DNA from: Eledone cirrhosa
Taxonomy: Eukaryota
Assembly (NCBI GenBank): GCA_964016885.1
Contig: OZ024740.1
Location: 148,676,001 to 148,740,000 of the forward strand
DNA length: 64,000 nucleotides
Direction of reading: 5' to 3'
Made by a program: the position numbers and the translations under genes. Each line of letters opens with the position of its first letter. Position 1 is the stretch's first letter. The notes beneath the pieces were generated by a model. It had not been told where the DNA came from and did not search any database. It saw nothing but the letters and a program-made list of their open reading frames with translations. This document shows, piece by piece, positions 1-13,920 of the stretch.

Positions 1-109
1 ATACTGACAGCAGTACCTACTTTTCATGTCTGTTACTTATTTTAGGGCTCTCTATTATTTGGAAAGCCCAGAGTACTGGACGTGAACGCAGACACTAATG
101 TAAACATAA

Positions 110-176
<67 letters not shown>

Positions 177-213
177 CGCGCGCATACACATACATATATG
201 CACATACGCACAG

Positions 214-290
<77 letters not shown>

Positions 291-293
<3 letters not shown>

Positions 294-486
294 GAAAAGA
301 GTCAGGACCCCGACGGCTGAGCTCCGGCTGAGCTCCGGCTGTTTCGACAGCTAGATCTAGATGTCGAAACGGCCGGAGCTCAGCTGTCATGGTCCTGACT
401 CTTTTCCTATTACCCACTCAACTACCCAAAGTATCGAGTACTCTGGTGCGTTATGGTCCACCTGGTTCCTTACCACACTTCCTTCG

Positions 487-490
<4 letters not shown>
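291..490 (+). repeat. Hairpin-plus-tail element (family A), copy 1
   Basis: Inverted arms 292-408, then tail tattacccactc...cacttccttcgt, embedded in (TA)n. Confidence 0.9.
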
Positions 491-558
<68 letters not shown>

Positions 559-1113
559 TCATGTTATTAAGGTTAAATAGTGACCCTTATTACAGGGTCA
601 TCAAACAAGAACTAAGGTTTCAATAGCAGGCACAGTATAAATAAAGGAAAACTAGATGTGACGGAGGGGGATATAATGACCCCTTTTCAATACCCCCCCC
701 CCCCTCCCTGCCACCTAGAGTCTTTCTTTTTTTATGCTGTGACTGCTATTCAAACGTTAGTCTTTGTCCGATGACTGTTATAAACAGGAGAAACTTCAGA
801 GTATTAAGTGTTTCTATTGTAGGCATAAGGCCAGCAATTTGGAGGGGAGGGAAAAGTCGATTAAATCGACCCCACTGCATTACTGGTGCATTATTTATCG
901 GCCCCGTCAGGATGAAAGGCAAAGCTAACCTCGTTACGATTTGAACTCAGGTCGTATAGGGCCATAATGCTATGTTGTAAAGCATGTTGTCCGACGCTCT
1001 ACCGATACTGTCAATCCAGTAATAAGGCTCACTACTTAGCCTTAATACAATGAATATCAAAACTCTACTTCGGTATTGAGTACTCTTTTTTCTAAGCCAT
1101 AAACCACATGTGG

Positions 1114-1171
<58 letters not shown>

Positions 1172-1256
1172 AAAAGGTAAACAGAAATAACAACACAATC
1201 GGTACAGTATATGGAAGGTATATATCAGGTTAACGCTTGATATAGCAGGAAGAGGG

Positions 1257-1292
1257 TCTTAACGTTTCGAACGCTAGTCCTTCATCAGAAGA
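1257..1292 (-). ncRNA. Minimal type-I hammerhead ribozyme motif
   Basis: tctt-CTGATGA-a-ggac tagc gttc-GAAACGT-T-aaga; same family as 56999-57034. Confidence 0.8.
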
Positions 1293-2355
1293 AAGAATGA
1301 GAAATAAGATAGATTGAGGGGACGAGCGGGTTGGAATTGGAAAAAAATGTCTTTAGATAAAAATAATAGGTCCATTCATGTTGACATCTCTTGCAAAACT
1401 GTTGGTGCTGACGTTTTGTGTATGATTTACCCACGCACACGACGTGCTTCTTCAATTTCCGTCTACCAAATTCTACTCAAATGTTATTTGTCAACTCGAT
1501 GGTACAGTGAGAGGCACTTGTGGTACAGTGGGAGAGAACCCAGACCCACATGAATATGAAGTGAATTCCTTATCCATAGAAGTACACATCTGCTTATATG
1601 TACAGAAATTGTATTAATTTTCTCTATACAAATTATATTTAGAGACTAAAATATTTAGTTTATCTTATAGTTATTTTGTGTAGTGTTTTCTTTTTAAGAA
1701 TCTTCATTCTGAGACCGTTCTCTGTCGTTATTTGGCAAAAAACCTTTTGCGATACTAAAACGCTAACGAATACCTTTTTCAGAAAATGTTATATTTATAA
1801 GAGAATTTTGATAATTGAAGTTCTTTCAATTTGAAATTTTAATTTCAAATGAATTTTATAGTATACGTGTTACCGACAGTTTTTCCGAAATTCAAACTTC
1901 ACTTCAACCATCAAATATTTAAGTGATTGATGCATAATTGTTATATATAAAATCTTTACGGCAAATGACTGAATCAATTCTGTACTGGAAGTCCGTAATT
2001 ATATTTGATTACAAAAAAGGCAATTAACCTGTGACTTTTTCAGTGTGCGTACTGTTTGCTAAATAGTGAAAGACAGCCAGGGTTTTACTATATAAATTCT
2101 AATTATTGCAAGTTTTCACGTTTTGAATTATACTCCAAATCTGTCACCTTCTCTGTCTATATATATTCTATCTGTCTCTATCTGTTTATCTATCCATAGT
2201 TCTTTATTTAAATCTCCTTCTCAATTTCTTGTAAATTCGAGGTAGACATTTTGTCGTGTCGTAAACGTATTTGAAATATGTGCTTATATTATCTAATATC
2301 AGTACTGAGGTTGTTATGTAATAATCGAATGAACGCAAATAATCATTATCTCCAT

Positions 2356-2474
2356 TCTTCTTCTTCTTCTTCTTCTTCTTCTTCTTCTTCTTCTTCTTCT
2401 TCTTCTTCTTCTTCTTCTTCTTTTTCTTTTTCTTCTCCTTCTTCTTCTTCTTCTTCTTCTTCTTCTTCTTCTTC
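2356..2474. repeat. (TTC)n microsatellite; many (TA)n, (CA)n, (CT)n and (TTA)n tracts occur throughout the window
   Basis: Direct inspection. Confidence 0.95.
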
Positions 2475-3258
2475 AAATAAATAATTGTTTCTACTTTAGG
2501 CACAAGGCCAGCAATTACCCAGTACATTACTAGTACTTTATTTTATCGACCCCGTAAGGATGAAAGGCAAAGTTAAACTTGGCGGGATTTGAACTCAGAC
2601 CGTAACTATGCTAGAAAAAAGGATTATATTGTCAGAGATCTACATAATATGTACGTTAAAATAAATAAATATGTATGTTTTAAATAGGATGATATAAGAA
2701 AACCGAAACCCAGTGTTTTTTAGGATTTAAAAAATTGATTAAAAGATATTGCTTTTCTGTAAGATCAATATCATTTATTTGTGTTAATGTAGGAAGTAGC
2801 ATAATTGGTAGAGCAACGGACAAAATAACTTGAGATATTTAGTAACAACTTTCTACGTTCTGCAACAATCTCAATCAAACATTAGATACACAAGCAGCAT
2901 CAACTTAAGTCTGAAAGATTTCATCATAAAAATTTAGTCATTCAAAATAGACTACCTTCGTTTTGACACTGAAGTAATCACCAACAGACAAGTCTCTCAG
3001 AATAAGTAACCAAATATCATAGAATTACTTGTAAATCTCCTATAATTAGCTGCCAAATTTTATAGAATTTGCAGCCAAGTTTAAAATTAACAGCTAAATT
3101 TCATTTGAATTCCATCTCAATGAGACATCAATAGAGCTTCTATGTTCTACTTGCTAATTTTAGCTGCCAGGTAACCGTCAAGCTAAAGCCTGCTCTCTGA
3201 AATGGAAAATGCAATTCTGGATAGATTTTGCTAAAATAAACGAAAACGAAAGGTACAA

Positions 3259-3456
3259 GTCAGACCTGCCAACCTCTAAAAACCCAAACGGAGAGTACCA
3301 TGAAAAAAAGGACCCCAAAACGGAGAAAAATGAGACAAAATGGGGAGATTTTATATAATGAAAGTTATAACCATTTCACAAGCGAAGACATCTCTCACCC
3401 ACTCCAAAGTGGGTGGGAGTTCTCCCCGTCGGACGAGGAGAGTTGACAAGTCTGAC
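3259..3456. mobile_element. Short MITE-like element (hAT-like ends)
   Basis: gtcagacctgccaac / gttgacaagtctgac imperfect TIRs; no TSD seen. Confidence 0.45.
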
Positions 3457-5297
3457 ATGCGGTCAGTTTTAAGTGGTGGCTAATAGGAATTTGTAAAGCT
3501 AACGCTGCCTCGATGCGTTTCTCTAGAGAGGATTTTGATATAAGTGTCTACTCATGGCTTTCAGAGTGTTATGCTCTATTCTATTTTACATTGTTCTTCA
3601 TAGTTTTAGAACCAGCGTTCGTTTTTCTTAAATCTTCCTAACGAGATCACTTGCTCGTTCTCACATACTTGTTTCCATATCTTGTAAACTGGATCTAGTA
3701 GTTTTCCTTCGTATTTTGTGGAGATTTCTATTTCCATTTTTTTTATCAATGTCCTTGTATTTTTCTTCATTTGTGTTTAAGCTTTCCTCGGTAATATCTA
3801 GTGTCCGTAGGTCTTCCCATGTTGTTATTTTATAATATGTTCCAGAATGTGAATTTTCTGGCGCTGAGGTTTTTTGTCCACTTGTTACATGTTCGCTTGT
3901 TTTTCTCTTTTGTTTTTAATAAGAAAGTAGCTTTGGGGTATTTTCAAATGATTCTATAAGTGATGGGTGATCGTTTTTATGCTTTTGCATATATTTCTAT
4001 GTTATTGTTGATACGGCTCTTTTTATATTTTTCGGAGTGTGTTCTGTGAATTCATATCAAGATTGACTAACTTATAAGGAATTAGACTATCCCAATAATT
4101 TTAGATGTAAAACAAGTAATTTCACAAATTATGGGAATGAATTCAGGTACTGTACAAAATATAACTGAAAAAGATACCTAGACAACTTCTTTATTTTGTG
4201 GAGGGAAATTTTGACAAATTAAAAAAACGTTTAAAATCTCATCAATAATATAAACCTTAACATATAATTTGTTATGGAATTCAGGGATGAAAAACACCTC
4301 TTTTATAGGCTTACTAATAAAAAAAGAAACACAGAAATAGAATCTAACATGTATTTCAAACTTACGGACTCCTGACAATACTTTCTGTTTACATCTTCTC
4401 ACCAAATACGCACCCATATCAATATTCCACTTGACTTTGCTATAATCTCAAACCCAACAACAAAAGAGACCATAGATAGGAAGATATGTAAACACATACT
4501 TACTTAGGAATTTAATCACCAATAATATTCAAAGGCCAGACAAATTAATATCTAGGAACTCAGAGAACAAAAACAACAAAAAAGAATTATGCTGTATATT
4601 TCAACTTTTAATCTAAAGAAGACTGAAATCTACTCGCGTTTTATGGATGAAACCTGTCTGAAAATCAAATAAAATACCGTCAAGATATTTGGGAAACGTA
4701 TGTACTTCAGAAATATTCTTCTTAGTGAACATATAGAAGGACAAACCTGCCAAATTTCGGTTATCCGCCATCGGAACAATAACACATCAAACCAAAAAAT
4801 GTTTCCAATCAAAACAAACTGAAACTCTATTTGCGGTACATCTAATTGATAGTCAAACCGGAATTACGTCCCTTTCATTGGCTGTATTTATTTTCGCTAT
4901 AACAAACAAAGATACAACCAGTTACCGCCCTTACTTTGGAAACATAAGCGACATATGATATATAATTAGCCAATAGACAAAATCGTGTTATATTTGAAGC
5001 AATCGATTTATGGATTGAATCTTGTCTTTCGATCAACTACCTGTACTTGACCAAAGAAGATCAATAAAACTCCTCGATCGACAGCAACCAAACTAGCGAC
5101 ATACACTAAGGGAGATCGTTCTGATGCTGCGAGAGCATATTTCCTGCTTTCTTTCAGTCCATCTAACCATCTAATTCTTAGTTGATCATGAATAATATTC
5201 TCAAATTGATCATCACAATCGCACCTTCAGCAGAATAATAGTAATTTCATGCATGAAACCTCCATTTAAAAGCCACCAATAATTGCTATATATATAT

Positions 5298-5485
5298 CAT
5301 TGTTTCTACCTTTGGCACAAGGCCAGCAATTATCCCAGTACATTACTGGTGCTTTATTTTATCGACCCCGTAAGGATGAAAGGCAAAGTTAACCTCGGTG
5401 GGATTTAAACTCAGACCGTAAAGGGATGTAACTCTATGCTGCAAAGCATGGCGTCCGACCCTCTACTGATACTGCCAATCCACCG
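5298..5485 (-). mobile_element. tRNA-derived SINE, full length
   Basis: Reverse complement colinear with 59452-59640. Confidence 0.85.
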
Positions 5486-5959
5486 TTAGGTTAATATATC
5501 ACACAAAATAACTGTTTCCTTTTCTCTGTATTATCTCCACTCAAATTCCCTAAGTTGTGATAGTTATAGCGTAATCGAATAGTACAAATACACCGACTTA
5601 TTTTTCAATGATAAGCCCTTACCACGATGCCTTTTCTTGTCACTTTGTTTTGACATTTTAGCTATCATGGATTAAGAGAATATATCTGCAGATTTCCTAA
5701 TCGTGTTTAGGAAATAGTTACAAATGTATAGTACAAATTTCTCTTTAAATATGAGCTAAATTGAAAGCGAAAAACTGGATGTATATTAGTAATATAATAA
5801 AGTGCTATAGATTGAAATCTAATGCATTACTTATTTCATAATTGCTATGGAGCGTCATTGTTTTGTGTAGCTCCACGCCATGGAGTGTAAGTCCCATTCG
5901 ACGCAGTTATTTTCTTTGATTTGAGTTTTAATGATTTCATATATTTGCTTTACGGCCTA

Positions 5960-6700
5960 GAATTACACATGTTAGAAATGAGATACATTGACTTCAAATC
6001 CTTTCCATGGGAATTAGAGTAATCATCAGGATCCCCAGGACTGCCCACACCCTCGTGGCCGAAGCAATAGCGTCGCCCTATAGACCAAGAGTTCGATAGC
6101 AACATCCTGCAAGACTGGAAAAAACTCTTCAGTTTTACGTCGCTCATACTAGAGATCTTGATGATGAGGGAGGGTTCAGTCCTTTCCTTGACTTCAAAGC
6201 GCAGAGGCAACATCGCTTTCTTCGTCTACCCTTCACCAATCAGATTCTTGCTTCCCCCACACTGCCCACCTATGCCAACGCCGCAGACGCTGACGCCTTC
6301 AGACTGTTTGAAATGGCTACGTGAACGAATCAATCGAAAATAATTAAGCGCGACATTTCAGCAGCGGTGTTTGTGCTGGCTTCCAGCGATATGGTGCTCC
6401 AGCACACATCGGAGGTCCTGGCCATTCTTCGTCTGAAACATCCGGACCTACCAGCAGATAGCCTCGACCGTGGGCCGGCAGATTATCTTTCTTCCTTTGA
6501 GGAGGGCAAATCATTAATTTGTGACGTGACGTGATGTGTCTCGTTCACCGCCTCTAACTTTGTCACTTCGGCCACAAACTCGGGCTCCGCTGCCCACAAT
6601 GCGAGGAGAGGAAGATAGCTAAATACCGGGGCCCGACCGACACTTTCCCTTTGCACTTAGATCCCTAAAGAACTCCTGTGTCTTTAGAGCCCGCACTGTT
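5960..6700 (+). mobile_element. CRE-like non-LTR retrotransposon remnant (REL domain)
   Basis: FEEGKSLICDVT..SATNSGSAAHNA..RKIAKY, homologous to the ORF at 40723-41019. Confidence 0.65.
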
Positions 6701-8950
6701 GATTTCCTCTGTAAAGTCGAAACGGCGACGCCCTATTTGAGGAAGGAAACACATAAGGTGTGAGGGGAGGTTCTGTTGCCTCATGTGTCTCTGGCCATAC
6801 TCCACAGTAACACCTTTGCCATTTTGTTCGGAGGGTGCAGCTGAGACACTGCTCAGACTGGGGTGTAGTGTCGGTCCTTCTCCCTCTCTCTTTCTTCTGT
6901 TGCCGCGTAAAGGCCCTGGTGTGTTGGGGTATATATTACACGTATGATGGTAAGAGTAGAGCTGAGTCTTCAAGTGATATAACATGATTCCAGTAATAGC
7001 ACTAAAATAATCAGAGGAAGGACATATCACATCCGTAAGTCAGGGGCAGGAGTGTGTATGTAAGAAATATTATGCCAATTCGTTGATTAGTTTTTCTATG
7101 GACACGGTCTCCTCTGCCTCTTTGAGCAAAAATACCGTCACATATATGAACCAAGTACCCATTGTTAAACGCCTTCCATATGCAACATAAACGCCTTCCA
7201 TACACAGTATGGAAGGCGTTTATGTTGCATGACACTAAAGATGCTATTTATCTCTAAATAATTAATCTTTGAGAAGAAAGTGTTCTGTACGATGAGATAT
7301 ATATTCTGGTAGTTAAATTGCTGCAATAAGCTACTTGGTTGATACTAAGCTTTCCTTGCCTTCTTATTTTAATGTAATATCAGTTAATAGTAAACTAGTC
7401 TTTTTCATATTAAATTTATTATCAAATAATGGACCAAGAAGCAACAATACATTTTAGTGAATTATATCAGAAACGGCTTTTTAAAGATTAACATTCGAGA
7501 TTAAGTCGACTTCTAAATATTAGTGGCACTTATTTCAAGTACTTTCTTTATTGATTTGGAATGATTCAAATAGCTAAGATTTGGATATTATGTTTTGCTT
7601 TTTTTTCAAATTAATTAATTTATAATTAAATTCAGTCGTTGTTCTGCTTTAAAGGCTAACTATATTCAAGAACTTGCTTTCAATCTATTTGTTTATATGC
7701 CTATTGCAAATTAATCGACTAATAATAAGTATTTCATAGGTCATCCATTAGAATAAGGAGGGCGCAGCATAGCCAAATGGTTAGAAAATATGCTTCACAA
7801 ATTTTAGGTTCCGGATTCGATCTAAATTCTTAGCATCTTGGAGAAATGTTATTTACTACAGCTTCGGGGTGACCAAAGTCTTGTGGGTCTAATTATGTAA
7901 TCAGAAACTGTTCGAAAGCCAGTCCTTTCATGCAAAGGGCCAGAATTCTTACATATCTTGTCACGCTGAATCTCATTGAGAATTATGTTAAGTGCACACA
8001 TGTCTATGATGCTAAGCCACTTGGAATACTTAACCTCAAAGCCACTTGTTTCTTTTTATTAGAGTAATAAAGAGCTCTAAATGTCAGATATTTTATTTCA
8101 ACTTTTCCTAAGAGCTTTAATCGTTGTAATATGTCTCAACTAAAGTGTGGCATAGTTTCAGTTATGTCATGTTTGGATAGACAATTATATATCTTGCTAT
8201 TTTAAAATGAAATACAATAATAATATTTAATTTTTAAGAATACAGTTGGATATCAAGAATAATATTATCGATTAAATGAAACGGCATGAATTACTGGAAC
8301 ATATTTTATTGACCTCTGACAGAAGAAAAAGAACAGTGTTATAAGAAGTACTGAAATATACAGCCGACACCGATAAGAAATGGTTTCACCACGAAATAGG
8401 GTCTCCTACCATTTTCTAATATAACTCCTTACAATAAACAACATATTTTGTACTAGACCAAAGGTTCTCAACGGGGGGCATATGCACCCCCAGGGGGCGT
8501 TTCGGAAATCCAGGGGGGGGGGGGGGGGGCGTTTGGGAGCAAGGGGGCATTAGGGGGCGTTTAGAGCTTTGGAGTGCACGGGAAGGCTCTTTACTTTGGT
8601 AAGTTTTATAAGCCATATTTGTATGTCTTTGAGACAGCCAGTGTGAATGAATTTGAATGAGCATGCAGACAGCATAACTATGGTCTGACTGCAGCTGTGA
8701 GCAGGTGTGCAGGCGTGTTTACACATTAACCGGCAATTGAGATCCTAACAATGGAAAAATCCACAGTCAACTGGGTCAAGGACACTTCAATCGCAGCCAG
8801 TTAGAATCTTGTCTTTTCTTCACCGATAACACTGTATTTCATGTCTGAAATTATTGACTCAACCGTAACGAGTTAACACTATGTAGATCTATTTTATTTC
8901 CGATTGTATAAATAATATTACAAATAAAAAAAAGAAAAAAAAACACACAG

Positions 8951-9350
8951 AAGCGGGTAGCACACACATCTAGGACCACATACAACACATAATCAGATAA
9001 TACACACATCTAGGACCACATACAACACATAAGCAGGTAATACACACATCTAGGACCACATACAACACATAAGCAGGTAATACACACATCTAGGACTACA
9101 TGCAACACATAAGGAGGTAGCACACACATCTAGGACCACATACAACACACAGGCAAGTAATACATACATTTAGGAACACATACAACACATAAGCAGGTAA
9201 TACAAACATCTAGGACCACATACAACACATAATCAGGTAATACATACATCTAGGACAACATGCAATACATAAGCAGGTAATACATACATCTAGGACTACC
9301 TACAACACACAGGCAGGTAATACATACATCTAGGACCAAATACAACACAC
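8951..9350. repeat. 40-bp minisatellite, 10 copies, inside the hAT element
   Basis: Unit aagcaggtaatacacacatctaggaccacatacaacacat with point variants. Confidence 0.95.
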
Positions 9351-10414
9351 ATTGTATCATGTGCTACGGACGACGCTAGAGCATTGGTCAGCCAACATAA
9401 GGGTTTCGTCACTCTTCTGAAGAGAGAAAATCTATCTGTATTTGTTGTTCATTGTGTCATTCATCAACAACACTTGGTTGTGAAGAAACTCAGCAAGCCA
9501 CTGAGCAAGTACTTGCAGGTGGCCCTTGATGTCATCAATTTTATCAAACGGCATTCCCTCAATGAACGAATTTTCCGGACTGTGCCAAGATAATGACGAA
9601 GAATTCGTCAAGTTGCTCCTTCATAATGAAGTGAGGTGGCTTTCAAAGGGCAACTGCCTTACTCACTTCTTTGAACTGTTCGACCGTATCATTGAGTTTC
9701 TGCGAGGACGCAACACAGAACTGTACAAGAAAACTCTCGATGTGAGGCAAAACTGCGCCTATCTCACCGACATCGTCAACAAATGCAATAGCGTTATTTT
9801 GGCTTTGAAGGGGAAGAAGATCTCCTTGCTTAAAGCAAGGAATGCTGTGAAAACATTCCTGGCCAAATTGAATGTCATCGAAAGGAATCTTTGTTAACGG
9901 GAATTCTATAATTTTCCTAGTGTCGCCAATGTTCAAAACATTGTAAGCGATGACCAACTCCAAATTTATACCGCTCACCTCCGTGCGCTACAAGACAACA
10001 TGAGAGAATGGTTTGTCGACCTTTTGCCGATGGACATCCCAATGTGGGTAGCAGATCCCTTCACAGCTAACGTCGATGATTTGGACGTTATATTTCAGAA
10101 AGAATTCATTGAACTTCAAGCAGATGACATGATCAAAATTAGACTTCCCAAAATAGGTGAACCCCTTTTTTGGATGCAAGAGGAAATTCAGCGTCGATTT
10201 CCACACTTACATGCAGAGGCTAAGAGATTTGCTCTGCCTTTTCCAAGCTCATACTTAGTCAAGAGGAGGTTTGGTGCTGTTTCCAGACTGCTCAGTAAGG
10301 CTCGCAACCGCTACAATGTAATTACATGTGGAGATCTCCGGCTACATCTTACGAAAAATCCAGCCTGACGTCAAAGAGTTAGCTAGACTCCATAAAGTTC
10401 AAGGGTCCCATTAA
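9350..10414 (+). pseudogene. hAT transposase remnant (ZBED5/SCAND3-like C-terminal half) with frameshifts and a stop
   Basis: HCVIHQQHL, LLLHNEVRWLSKG, AYLTDI, PFPSSYLV..FG, GDLRLHLT motifs split over three ORFs. Confidence 0.9.
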
Positions 10415-11241
10415 AATGAGGTCAAAGTTAAAGTAAGTTGATTTATCCGAAAACTTAGATATGCTATTGTTACAAAGCAAACTAACAATTTTTATATTTG
10501 TAGTTGCAGTCTGACTGGACTGGAAACCATCTACTACAATTCACTTACTCATTTGTTGTATATATTTTACCATTTACTAATAAATATACCCTCCCGCGTG
10601 GTCATGAAAACCCTCTTCCGTGGTCTCTATCAACATTTATTCTGTCTGTTTCATTAAGGGAAAATTGGAAAGCTTTGAAATGATATAATTGCCACTTTCT
10701 TCCAGATAAGAGCACTCTTTGGATAGACAGAGTTGCTCTTGTATAAATGTTCAAAATAGCTGATATCGCCTGGTGGGAATATAACAAATTCAATTGGTCC
10801 TTATTCATAAAAAAGAACATTTATGTTCCTTTTTTTGAAATTTATATATTTCCTTTCAAGGAATGTATTTATACTCTCAGCTGCCTGCAATGGTATCTTT
10901 GGAATATTGTTAATCAATTTTTTAGTAATCTACTGATATCAAAATCAGTAGTATATTGAAAAATGGAAAAATAGGGTAGGGGGCGTTTCGTGATTTCGAG
11001 GTATAAAAGGGGGCGTTTGGCCGAAATGGGTTGAGAGCCTGTGTACTAGACATCCCGTGTACTAGACCACCACGTTCACTTCAAAATATTTTTAAAAAAT
11101 CATGTTCACTTAAAAATAATTTTTAAATAATTAAAATATACACATACATACACAGACACGTATATAATGTGAAATGAAACTGGAAGGCCCATATATATAT
11201 ACGTGTGTGTACACACACACAGACACACACAGACACACACA

Positions 11242-11343
<102 letters not shown>

Positions 11344-12609
11344 TGTGTCCTATATACACTAGTCATAGACACATACACATATATATATATATATACACAA
11401 CAACAACACCAGCTGTCTCTCTCTTCCATTCTCCTTCTCTGTCTCCTCTCCCTCTCACTATGTCTCTCTTTCAATCTACTCTCTCACAACCACTATCTCT
11501 TTCTCTCTCTGTTTATGAAGGTACCCGGAAAAAAACCCATATCTCCGGAACCCGTGCTCTGATTTACCCGAAACTTGTTTTATTCCATTTCTATCCCCAT
11601 TTCAAGGTCCACTTCCTTTCAAAGTATTTTCCCATTATGCACCCTTTTGGCTGTATTACATTACAGACAAACAAACAAGCAAGCATTCACAGAGTTTTAG
11701 TTGTATATAGATGATGTCTTTTCTAAAATTACACAATTGGCTTTTACACATTCTAATGATTTGTGTATATTCTTTGTCCAAGCCTACCCTATGCAGCTAA
11801 CTCTCTTGCATTCTCATTTCTTCCATGTTTCACCCAATAAGCACTACATTAAACGACGTTTATTTAACCCTCCTGCTCAGAAGCACCCCCATTCCCACAT
11901 ATCTCTTTCTCAAACATGGCATTGAACGACCTCTTATAATGCGAAATAGTATGGCTCATTCTCTTACTCATTGACTAAATATAGAAATACTACGTCAATA
12001 GTTGAAGTGGATTGTTAACTGACAAAAGAAACATTTGATGTCCCATATTATAAAACGACTATATAATCTTGATTATTTCATGCAACAGGTATAGTGTTAT
12101 AAATGGTATCATATGACAAAGTCTAAGCTCTAATTTCTGTTCTCACAAACTTTAAAATTACATACAATTGGTTCAAAAAAGAATGTACAGACAGTGACTA
12201 CTCATATTTAAAATAACATAGTGTTATGTATCAATATTATTTTTATAGATTTATAATTTATAACTTAAGAATATGCAGTTGAAAACTTATTAATGAGTTC
12301 TTGTTATAAGAAACGTTGAGCCAGATGTTTAACGTGGTCTTTTCTGTATTATAATAAACGCTGTTTTTAACTAAACAAACAGATCTTATATTTTATGGGG
12401 TCACTCGTTTCTCTGATTTCGTAACTAACCTGCTAGTACTCAATGCTAGCTTGAAGTAATTTCTGTTCAGTGTCGTTCATTAAAAAAAAACTTTGTCAAA
12501 TACATCCTTACTACGCTTCTCTTAAGAACCTAATGTTCCATGTCTGCTTGGGCACGAACAATAATATTTGGGTACATTATAAATATATATATATATGTAA
12601 GTATGCACA

Positions 12610-12698
<89 letters not shown>

Positions 12699-12822
12699 GT
12701 AGGAGGTGAGTTTTATTGTAGCACAATAAAGCAATACAAATATCGGATAAGTAGCACTCTACAGTTTGTAGGACTGGAGTATAAATAATATAAGATCAAA
12801 AGATAGTTAAAAGAGTTCCAAG

Positions 12823-12893
12823 TATTTTATTATGGGCATTTCAAAAACAAATATCATCATGGGATGATATCTGCGTTCTCATCAGATAAAATA
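12823..12893 (-). ncRNA. Type-I hammerhead ribozyme motif (inverted copy of 13227-13297)
   Basis: tattttat-CTGATGA-stem II-GAAAT gccc ATA-ataaaata. Confidence 0.75.
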
Positions 12894-13226
12894 GGGAGAC
12901 ATGATATAAAAAACACTTGTGACCAGTGAAGTTTTAAATCAACATATGAAAAATAAATTAAGATGGATGTATGAGATGGGTGATAGAGAGAGAGAGATAG
13001 CCTCTCTCTCTCTCTATCACCCATCTCTCCTCCTCTCTCATCCTTCCTTCTTATACTCCTCCCCCACCATCCTTTACTCTTATTTCTTCCTTTCCTTACC
13101 TTTTCCACCCCCACCCCACCCCTCACTTTTTCCCAATCTCATACATCAATCTTAATTTATTTTTCATATGTTGATTTAAAACTTCACTGGTCACAAGTGT
13201 TTTTTAAGCTTCATATCATATCTCCC

Positions 13227-13297
13227 TATTTTATCTGATGAGAACGCAGATATCATCCCATGATGATATTTGTTTTTGAAATGCGCATAATAAAATA
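13227..13297 (+). ncRNA. Type-I hammerhead ribozyme motif
   Basis: 8-bp stem I tattttat/ataaaata; CTGATGA; stem II gcagatatcatc-ccat-gatgatatttgt; GAAAT-gcgc-ATA (palindromic stem III). Confidence 0.88.
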
Positions 13298-13426
13298 CTT
13301 GGAACTCTTTTAACCATCTAATGATCTTATATTATATATATATATATATATACATACACACACATATATACATATGTACGTATGTGTTATATCGAACATT
13401 AAGAATAATGTTCGTTTTGTTTGTAA

Positions 13427-13566
<140 letters not shown>

Positions 13567-13719
13567 GTGTGTGTGCGTTTGAAAATGAATTTATTTAAAT
13601 TTCTCCAATGAAGTAGGTTCCAAACATAAGGGAGATAACTATTGAATTGAATCCTTTGAAAGTTGTCTCGCTTTTATTCATGTTTATCAAATTATTTAGT
13701 TATTATATTTTGTCTTTTT

Positions 13720-13909
13720 TTAGTGACGCTGAACCACCAACCCTCGGAAGTCTCCCCCGTATTGGGGAATTTTTCATTGTTATTTTTTTTGTTACATTCT
13801 CTGTTTTTGTTTTTTACACGCAGAAATACCCATTTGTACCGTCCTGTATTGTCCTGTACTGTCCTTAATGTCTACTTTGTGTAAACCCTTGTGGTTAATA
13901 AAGAAAGCA
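13720..13909 (+). mobile_element. LINE 3'-UTR fragment, same family as 17445-17661
   Basis: Shared ccatttgtacc.tcctgta..gtcctgtact..aacccttgtgg.taataaa. Confidence 0.7.
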
Positions 13910-13920
13910 TTATTATTATT

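Larger units (their letters stand above)
8459..11043 (+). mobile_element. hAT DNA transposon (Buster/Charlie type), defective
   Basis: TIRs caaaggttctcaac (8459-8472) and gttgagagcctgtg (11030-11043), 12/14 match; 8-bp TSD tactagac at 8451-8458 and 11044-11051 with a central TA; subterminal gggggcgttt motifs; transposase remnants inside. Confidence 0.92.

Noticed and set aside
3540-4830. Possible old PLE coding remnants
   Set aside because: Too degenerate to read diagnostic motifs by eye; a translated HMM search is needed.
8951-9350. CRISPR-like array (40-bp period)
   Set aside because: The whole unit is repeated with point variants and there are no spacers; it is a minisatellite.
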